Made by a program: the position numbers and the translations under genes
Assembly (NCBI GenBank): GCA_045863395.1
Contig: BTVJ01000056.1
Coordinates: 1 to 49,603, forward strand
Source of the DNA: Myxococcales bacterium
GTDB lineage: Bacteria; Myxococcota_A; UBA9042; JABWCM01; BTVJ01
Direction: 5' to 3'
Length of the DNA: 49,603 bases
The notes under the pieces: generated by a model
The model's input: the letters and a program-made list of their open reading frames with translations, nothing else
Database searches by the model: none
What the model was told of the DNA's origin: nothing
In this document: positions 42,936-49,603 of the stretch, piece after piece
Numbering within the stretch: the stretch's first letter is position 1
Layout of the letters: the number at the start of each line of letters is the position of its first letter

Positions 42936-43769
42936 ATGGGCTTCAACAAGTTTCAGGGCACCGCGAGCTACATCGTGTCGGCGGAGCTGCGCGACGCGGT
43001 CAACGTGGCCGTCGCCCTCGGGCGCCCGCTCCTGGTCAAGGGCGAGCCGGGCACCGGCAAGACGCTGCTGGCGCGCGCCATCGCCGAGGGGCTCGGCATG
43101 GACCTGCTCACCTGGCACGTCAAGAGCACGTCCAAGGCGCAGGACGGCCTCTACGTCTACGACACGGTGCAGCGCCTGAACGACAGCCGCTTCGGCGACA
43201 AGGACGTGGGCGACATCCGCCAGTACATCAAGCTCGGCCCGCTGGGGCGCTCCTTCGCTGCCCCGGCCCGGGTCGTGCTGCTCATCGACGAGATCGACAA
43301 GGCGGACCTGGAGTTCCCGAACGACCTTCTGCACGAGCTGGACCAGATGTCCTTCACCATCGCCGAGACGGGCGACACGGTGACCGCCACGAAGCGCCCG
43401 GTCGTGATCATCACGTCCAACGCCGAGAAGGAGCTGCCCGACGCCTTCCTGCGCCGCTGCGTGTTCCACTATATCGCGTTCCCGGACGAGGCGCTGATGC
43501 GCGACATCGTGGGCGTGCACCACCCGCGCCTCGACGAGGCGCTGCTCGCCAAGGTGCTCGTGAAGTTCTACTGGCTGCGGGGCCAGGCCGAGATCCGCAA
43601 GCGCCCGTCCACGAGCGAGCTCATCGACTGGATAGGCGCCCTGATCCGCGGCGGCGTCGACCCGGCCCGCGTCGAGGAGGAGCTGCCCTTCGCCGGCGTC
43701 CTGATCAAGAAGGAGGAGGACCTGGCCGCGGTCTCCCGCGTCGCCACCCGCGCCACGCGGCGCTGGTAG
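42936..43769 (+). CDS. MoxR family AAA+ ATPase (CoxD-like)
   Basis: GEPGTGKT, YDTVQRL.D, LLIDEIDKAD.EFPNDLL, ELPDAFLRRC; GGAGG RBS. Confidence 0.93.
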   Translation: MGFNKFQGTASYIVSAELRDAVNVAVALGRPLLVKGEPGTGKTLLARAIAEGLGMDLLTWHVKSTSKAQDGLYVYDTVQRLNDSRFGDKDVGDIRQYIKLGPLGRSFAAPARVVLLIDEIDKADLEFPNDLLHELDQMSFTIAETGDTVTATKRPVVIITSNAEKELPDAFLRRCVFHYIAFPDEALMRDIVGVHHPRLDEALLAKVLVKFYWLRGQAEIRKRPSTSELIDWIGALIRGGVDPARVEEELPFAGVLIKKEEDLAAVSRVATRATRRW

Positions 43770-43775
43770 CGCACC

Positions 43776-44951
43776 GTGTTCGTCGACTTCTTCTTCCACC
43801 TGCGCCGCCGCGGCCTCCCGGTCAGCGTCACGGAGTGGATGACGCTCATGGAGGCGCTCAAGGCGGGCCTCGGGCACGAGTCGCTGCTCGGCTTCTACGC
43901 CCTTTGCCGGGCGCTCTGCGTGAAGACCGAGGCCCACTTCGACCTCTACGACCAGTGCTTCGCCGAGTACTTTCGGGGAGTCGAGGCGCCCGAGGGGGCC
44001 CTGGACAAGGTGCTCGACTGGCTCGCGGAGCCCATCCTGGCGCGAGAGCTGAGCGACGCGGAGATCGCTGCCTTGGAGGAGCTCGACCTGGACGAGCTGC
44101 GCCGCCGCTTCGAGGAGCGCCTCGCCGAGCAGACCGAGCGCCACGACGGGGGCAGCCACTGGATCGGGACCGGCGGCACGAGCCCCTTCGGCCACGGAGG
44201 AACCCACCCGGGCGGGGTGCGGGTCGGCGGCGGCGGCGGTGGGCGCAGCGCGATGCAGGTAGCGACGGCGCGGAGGTTTCGCAACTTGCGCCACGACGTG
44301 GTGCTCGACGTGCGCCAGATCGCGCTCGCGCTCCGGCGCCTGCGCCAGCTCGCCCGGGAGGGGCGCCCCGACGAGCTGGACCTCGACGGCACCATCGACG
44401 CGACGGCCCGCAACGCCGGGGAGCTTGAGCTCCTGATGCACCCCGAGCGCAAGAACACGGTCAAGCTCGTGCTGCTCCTGGACGTCGGGGGCTCCATGAC
44501 CCCGTTCACGCGCCTGTCGGAGCGCCTGTTCACGGCCGCCCACAAGGCCACGCACTTCAAGGCGTTCCGCCACTTCTACTTCCACAACTGCGTCTACGAG
44601 AAGCTCTACACGGACATGGAGCAGCGCCAGGGGACTCCGACCACCAAGGTGCTCGCGGATCTGGACCCCACCTGGACCTGCATGCTCGTCGGGGACGCCA
44701 GCATGCACCCGGCGGAGCTGACCCACGCGGGCGGCGCCATCGACTACTGGCACCGCAACGCGGAGCCAGGCCTCGTGTGGCTCCACCGTATCAAGCAGAG
44801 ATTGCCCCGCAGCGTCTGGCTGAACCCAGTCTCCGAGCCCTTCTGGGGCCAGATGTCCGTGGCGCTCATCCGCGATCTGTTCCCGATGTTCGAGCTGACC
44901 CTGGACGGCCTCGACGACGCCATGGCCCACCTGCGCGGCCAGAGAGTGTGA
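43776..44951 (+). CDS. VWA domain protein (CoxE-like), MoxR partner
   Basis: MIDAS DVGGSM, YFHNC.Y, VGDA.M.P.EL, WLNP; WIGTGGTSPFG motif. Confidence 0.9.
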   Translation: MFVDFFFHLRRRGLPVSVTEWMTLMEALKAGLGHESLLGFYALCRALCVKTEAHFDLYDQCFAEYFRGVEAPEGALDKVLDWLAEPILARELSDAEIAALEELDLDELRRRFEERLAEQTERHDGGSHWIGTGGTSPFGHGGTHPGGVRVGGGGGGRSAMQVATARRFRNLRHDVVLDVRQIALALRRLRQLAREGRPDELDLDGTIDATARNAGELELLMHPERKNTVKLVLLLDVGGSMTPFTRLSERLFTAAHKATHFKAFRHFYFHNCVYEKLYTDMEQRQGTPTTKVLADLDPTWTCMLVGDASMHPAELTHAGGAIDYWHRNAEPGLVWLHRIKQRLPRSVWLNPVSEPFWGQMSVALIRDLFPMFELTLDGLDDAMAHLRGQRV

Positions 44952-45132
44952 CTCGACGGCGCCCGGTGCGGACGCGCAAGACGGTGTATCTCTATTCAGC
45001 CTGCCCCGAGCCGCCGCACCGTTGCGCTCGCGCAGTGGGGGGTGCCTCGCGGCGGAGTGGCACCGATGTATCGCGGCGGCCCTCCGCTCGTAGTGATTCC
45101 GCCGAACTCTCGCCCAATGGACTGGAGGCCCC

Positions 45133-48100
45133 ATGTCACTCCGCAGGCTCGCTCCGCTCTGCGCACTCGCCATGTTCATCGCTGGTTGCTCGGACTCCCC
45201 GCCCGGGGGGACCACCGGTGACGCAGGGGCGGACGAGCCGGCCGACACGGGCGCGGCCGACGCAGGCTCCGGTGATGGCGCCGCTCCGCTGGACGCACCC
45301 GGCGCCGGCGGTCACGCCTGCTCCATCGCCGAGGACTGCGCGGGCCTCTTCCCGGAGCTGCTCCCCTGCGAGGTCGTAGTGTGCGGGGCGGACGGGACCT
45401 GCCGCGTCGACGCCCTGCCGGACGGGTCGTCGTGCAAGGACGGTCTCGCGTGCACCGGCCCCGACTTCTGCATCGGCGGCAAGTGCGGTGGCGGCCCCCT
45501 CAACTGCGAGGATGGCGACCCCTGCACGGCGGACTCCTGTGACTCCAAGGTCGGCTGCGTGCACGTGCCAGCCGATGGCGGCCCCTGCGACGACGGGAAC
45601 CCCTGCACCGAGGGAGACGCCTGTGCCAGCGGTACGTGCACAGGGCCCGTCTCGGTGGCCGGCTGCTGCACCTGGGACGCGGAGTGCACCGACGGCGACC
45701 CTTGCACCGAAGACTCCTGCGTCGGCCACGCCTGCGCCTACACCTACGGCTATGCCCCTTGCGACGACGGCAACCCATGCACGCTCAAGGATCACTGCGA
45801 CGGAGAGGGTGGCTGTGGCGGCGACCTGCTGACCTGTGACGACGGGCACCCCTGTACGACCGACGTGTGCGACCCGGCGACCGGGAGCTGTGTGGCCAGC
45901 CCGGCTCCAGACGGGACCCCGTGCGAGGATGGGAACCCATGCACCACCCCCGACCTGTGCGAGAGCGGCGCGTGCGTGGGCCAGGGCAGCCTCTGCCAGT
46001 GCACGTCGGACGCCGACTGCGCTCCCTTCGAGGACGGCGACCTGTGCAATGGCACACTCCGCTGTGCGAGCTTCGTCTGCCAGGTGGACCCGCTGTCCGT
46101 CATCGCGTGCAATCCCACCGCGGACACGGCCTGCGTCAAGGCCGTGTGCACCGCCGCCACCGGGCAGTGCGCGCCAGCGCCGGTCCCGGGCCAGCCGCCC
46201 TGCGACGACCAGAACCCCTGCACGGTGGACGACTCCTGCGTGAACGGTCTGTGTGTCGGCGCAGCGGGCTCGTGCGACGATGGCAACGAGTGCACCTTCG
46301 ACGGGTGCAGCCCCGTGGACGGGTGCGTTCACGTGCCCCACGCGCTGCCCTGCGACGACGGGGACGCCTGCACGGCCAACGACCAGTGCGGGGCGGGCGT
46401 GTGTGCCGGCGACGCGGTCCCCTGTGACGACGGCAACCCCTGTACGACGGACGGGTGCAATCCGGTGGCCGGGTGCAACACCACGCCGGCGGTTGCACCG
46501 TGCGACGACGGCAACCCCTGCACGGTGGGCGACACCTGCGCGGGTGGAGCCTGCGTCAGCGGTCCCAACACGTGCGAGTGCGTCTCCCACGGAGACTGCG
46601 CCGACAAGGAGGACGGCAACCTGTGCAACGGCACGCTCCGGTGCGAGGGTGGGCAGTGCGAGGTCGATCCGCTGACGGTCGTGACGTGCAACACCACCGG
46701 CGATACGGCGTGCGCGAAGACGACCTGCCTCGCGGCCAGTGGCGCCTGTGTGAAGGCCCCCCTCGCCGACGGCACGAAGTGCAGCGACCTGGACTCTTGC
46801 ACGCTGGGGGACGCGTGCGTCGCGGGCTCGTGTGTCGGGACGGTCGCGTCCTGCGACGACGCCAACCCGTGTACGACCGACGGCTGCGACCCGGCGAAGG
46901 GGTGTGTCAACACGCCCAACACGCAGATCTGCAATGACGGCAACCCCTGCACCGGCAACGACAAGTGCAGCGGCGGGGCGTGCAGCGGCGTCCCGATTGC
47001 GTGCGACGACGGCAACCCATGCACGGTCGATGGCTGCACCCCCGCCAGCGGCTGCACATCCACGCCGGCAGCGAATGGCACACCCTGCAACGACGGGAAC
47101 GTGTGCACCGTCCTGGATGTGTGCGCGGCGGGGGTCTGCGGCGGGGTGCCTGCGTCCTGCGACGACCACAACCCGTGTACGGCGGACACCTGCTCCAACC
47201 CGGCGGGCTGCGCAAACAAGACGGTCGCGAACGGCACACCCTGCGACGACGGCTCGAGCTGCAGCACAGGAGACACATGCCAGGGTGGGGTGTGCGCCGG
47301 CAACCCGCCCTCCTGCGACGACGGCAACCCGTGCACCGTGGACATCTGCGACGCCGTGCTCGGCTGCACGTCCAAGGCCGCGGCCAACGGGACGGCCTGC
47401 TCGGACGGAGACCCCTGCACCGGGGGCGACGCCTGCGACAAAGGCACGTGCAAGGGCGGCGGGCCCATCTGCGAGTGCCAGGTGACCGTGGACTGCGCAG
47501 CGAAGGAGGACGGCAACCTGTGCAACGGGACTCTCGTGTGTGTGGCCAACGCGTGCAAGGTGGACCCGGCGACCGTGGTGACCTGCACGGCGCCCGGCGA
47601 CCCCTGCAAACAGAGCACGTGCGCGCCGGCCACGGGCAAGTGCCAGATTGGGGCAGGCCCGAGCGGCGCGCCCTGCGATGACGGAGACGCCTGCACGACC
47701 AACGACTCCTGCTCGGCGGGGACGTGTGGCGGTCTCCCCAAGGTGTGCAATGACGGCAACCCCTGCACCGCAGACTCGTGCACCGGGGGCGCCTGCACGA
47801 CCAAGCCTGCCTTCGACGGCACCCTCTGCGCCGACGACGGGAACTCCTGCACCCTCGACGTGTGCGCCGCGGGCGCCTGCACGCACAAGGGCCTCGCGGA
47901 CGGCGTCGCCTGCGCGGACGACGGCAACGTCTGCACGGCGGACGCCTGCAAGGCCGGGACCTGCGCCCACACCGCGATCAACGAGGGCTTGCCGTGCCAG
48001 GACGACGGCAACCCCTGCACCTACGACCGCTGCGCCGCGGGCGTCTGCCAGCACGTGTCCAACGACCCGGCGCCGGTGGGCTCCGGCCAGTGCTTCGCCG

Positions 48101-49170
48101 TGGCATCGATCACGGCGGACACGGGGACCGTCAGCGGATCCTTCAGCGACTGCGGAGCGGCCGACCAGTTCACCTACAAGTGCCAGGGCGCCAAGTGCAG
48201 CACGACGGGCGCCATCGACACCTGGCCGTGCGCCGACCCGAGCTTCCTCTACAGCGGCGCAAACACCGGCTATGAGTACGCCTACGCCTTCGTGTCCCCG
48301 GTGGACGGCGTCTGCACGCTCATCGAGTACGAGGAGGGAATCAAGCTCTCCGGGGGCGGGCTGTTCGGGGTCCTCGACTGGTTCATCCTCAGCGGTGGCG
48401 CGTGCGGCGCGGGGGCATGCTTCGACTACATGTGGGAGAACAAGACCAGCGACCCGGTCTGCGGCGGCAAGACATGCTCCTACAAGTCCTTCCCGGTAAC
48501 CGCGGGCCAGTCGTTCACGTTCGTCGCCGACGTCTTCGACGGGGTCAACAGCCACGAAGGCTACACGGTGCCAAAAGGCTGGACCATCGAGGTCCGCTGC
48601 GACGCCAGCAAGAAGCTGCTGCTCAACGAGGACTTCACCGACGGCCAGTGCAGCGGCTGCACCCAGTCGGTGACCGCGGGACCGACCTGCAAGAGCTTCG
48701 GCTGGCACGAGATCGGCGGCTTCTCCACCATGGTCACGGCGATGTACCTGGGCCAGCTCCAGAACAACACGCTGCTGGGCTACGACTGCGGCGCCACGAC
48801 CGCCACGCTGACGTTCCCTTCGGTCGCCCTTCCCTCGAACGCCACCTCCTGTACCCTGAGCTTCGACTGGTTCGCGAGCCTGGACCCGGCCAACGACGGC
48901 GACTGCGTGAACGACATCGTGACGGTGATGCTCAAGGTGGGGGGAGGCGCAGCGCAGCCGGTCGCGGGCAAGCCGTGTGTACCCCTCATGTCTGGGTCGA
49001 ACCCGATTGGATCGAGCTCGCAGCCCAACGCGCTGACCATGTCCTACGACATCACCGCCTCGAAGGGGACCACGGTGACGGCCTCGCTCGCCTGGAGCGC
49101 CAACGCGACGGCGAACAACGGGCTCGGCGTGATCATCGACAACGTGAAGATCAGTTGCAGCGTGCCGTGA
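45133..49170 (+). CDS. Giant Cys-rich repeat lipoprotein (CDDGNPCT..D.C repeats) with non-repeat C-terminal domains
   Basis: GGAGG RBS; FIAGC lipobox; more than 20 C(D/N)DG(N/D)xCT repeats over about 900 aa; beta-rich C-terminus ending IIDNVKI. Confidence 0.9.
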   Translation: MSLRRLAPLCALAMFIAGCSDSPPGGTTGDAGADEPADTGAADAGSGDGAAPLDAPGAGGHACSIAEDCAGLFPELLPCEVVVCGADGTCRVDALPDGSSCKDGLACTGPDFCIGGKCGGGPLNCEDGDPCTADSCDSKVGCVHVPADGGPCDDGNPCTEGDACASGTCTGPVSVAGCCTWDAECTDGDPCTEDSCVGHACAYTYGYAPCDDGNPCTLKDHCDGEGGCGGDLLTCDDGHPCTTDVCDPATGSCVASPAPDGTPCEDGNPCTTPDLCESGACVGQGSLCQCTSDADCAPFEDGDLCNGTLRCASFVCQVDPLSVIACNPTADTACVKAVCTAATGQCAPAPVPGQPPCDDQNPCTVDDSCVNGLCVGAAGSCDDGNECTFDGCSPVDGCVHVPHALPCDDGDACTANDQCGAGVCAGDAVPCDDGNPCTTDGCNPVAGCNTTPAVAPCDDGNPCTVGDTCAGGACVSGPNTCECVSHGDCADKEDGNLCNGTLRCEGGQCEVDPLTVVTCNTTGDTACAKTTCLAASGACVKAPLADGTKCSDLDSCTLGDACVAGSCVGTVASCDDANPCTTDGCDPAKGCVNTPNTQICNDGNPCTGNDKCSGGACSGVPIACDDGNPCTVDGCTPASGCTSTPAANGTPCNDGNVCTVLDVCAAGVCGGVPASCDDHNPCTADTCSNPAGCANKTVANGTPCDDGSSCSTGDTCQGGVCAGNPPSCDDGNPCTVDICDAVLGCTSKAAANGTACSDGDPCTGGDACDKGTCKGGGPICECQVTVDCAAKEDGNLCNGTLVCVANACKVDPATVVTCTAPGDPCKQSTCAPATGKCQIGAGPSGAPCDDGDACTTNDSCSAGTCGGLPKVCNDGNPCTADSCTGGACTTKPAFDGTLCADDGNSCTLDVCAAGACTHKGLADGVACADDGNVCTADACKAGTCAHTAINEGLPCQDDGNPCTYDRCAAGVCQHVSNDPAPVGSGQCFAVASITADTGTVSGSFSDCGAADQFTYKCQGAKCSTTGAIDTWPCADPSFLYSGANTGYEYAYAFVSPVDGVCTLIEYEEGIKLSGGGLFGVLDWFILSGGACGAGACFDYMWENKTSDPVCGGKTCSYKSFPVTAGQSFTFVADVFDGVNSHEGYTVPKGWTIEVRCDASKKLLLNEDFTDGQCSGCTQSVTAGPTCKSFGWHEIGGFSTMVTAMYLGQLQNNTLLGYDCGATTATLTFPSVALPSNATSCTLSFDWFASLDPANDGDCVNDIVTVMLKVGGGAAQPVAGKPCVPLMSGSNPIGSSSQPNALTMSYDITASKGTTVTASLAWSANATANNGLGVIIDNVKISCSVP

Positions 49171-49229
49171 TCGCCCTCCGTGTCTGAGTGCGGCCTTGGT
49201 CATCGGTTCGGCCACCGGCCATGTTTCCG

Positions 49230-49323
49230 CTCCGGGCTCCGGGCCTCGGGCTCCGGGCTTCAGGGAGGAACGTACGCAGTCAACGCGATCACGGCTGAGC
49301 CCTGAAGCCTGAAGCCTGAAGCC
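49230..49323. repeat. Inverted heptamer tandem arrays (CTCCGGG-like x5 ... CCTGAAG x3)
   Basis: ctccggg ctccggg cctcggg ctccggg cttcagg (49230-49264) and cctgaag x3 (49301-49321); GGCTTCAGGG/CCCTGAAGCC are perfect reverse complements. Confidence 0.75.
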
Positions 49324-49603
49324 GTTACGCAACTTGTGGGCGCTGGCGCGGCGCAGGACCACAGGTGGCCGAAACGATGACCAAGGCCCTGAGTGCCTCG
49401 CTTCTCCAATTGTACGGTTCTGCCCAAAGGCAGGGCAGCGCGGTCGTTTCGTTGTAGCACATTTATGCTATGACCGCCTGGACTTTGATTCGATATCACG
49501 GACCAAAAATTGGGACGTTCGTCCAATTCACGAATCGCGCCAGTACGGTACATTGAGCTTCAATACAAGTTCGTCCGCTTTTCCAACCACCGGCCACGTC
49601 GCC

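Noticed and set aside
40115..44428. 1437-aa plus-strand ORF
   Set aside because: Shadow ORF: antisense to the 762-aa lipoprotein and out of frame over MoxR/VWA; Arg/Gly/Ala-rich with no motifs.
42936..44951. MoxR-VWA pair as maturation factors for the Xdh molybdoenzyme
   Set aside because: About 25 kb away, and this pair is widespread on its own; nothing in the sequence links them.
45136..49362. 1408-aa minus-strand ORF
   Set aside because: Antisense mirror of the Cys-rich repeat gene, caused by high GC3.

Overview
GC-rich (roughly 70%+) bacterial DNA that looks like Myxococcota: a Hanks-type kinase, many lipoproteins with acidic DAG-rich linkers, and a giant CDDGNPCT-repeat surface protein. 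About 36 genes are supported. Recognisable modules are an XPB-like helicase paired with a DUF790/Bax1-like nuclease; a thiolase-like protein lacking the catalytic Cys, coupled to two lipoproteins; a stand-alone phosphonopyruvate decarboxylase; a PAS hybrid kinase; a ygeW-ygeY-xdh-ssnA purine-catabolism cluster with two extra PLP enzymes; an orphan Csx1-like CARF-HEPN gene with no CRISPR array in the window; a Na/Pi cotransporter; uppP; and a MoxR-VWA pair. The best candidate for an undescribed system is a four-gene, translationally coupled minus-strand operon (31659-26956). It encodes a membrane-anchored protein with 8 GPCL cores (mostly DVGPCL), a radical SAM/SPASM enzyme, a B12-radical SAM enzyme fused to a degenerate PIMT domain, and an HExxH protein, consistent with a multi-core RiPP or surface-protein modification pathway. 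The second candidate is a eukaryote-like protein arginine methyltransferase fused to a complete Rnk (Gre-family) domain. All calls come from reading motifs by eye; no database searches were run.
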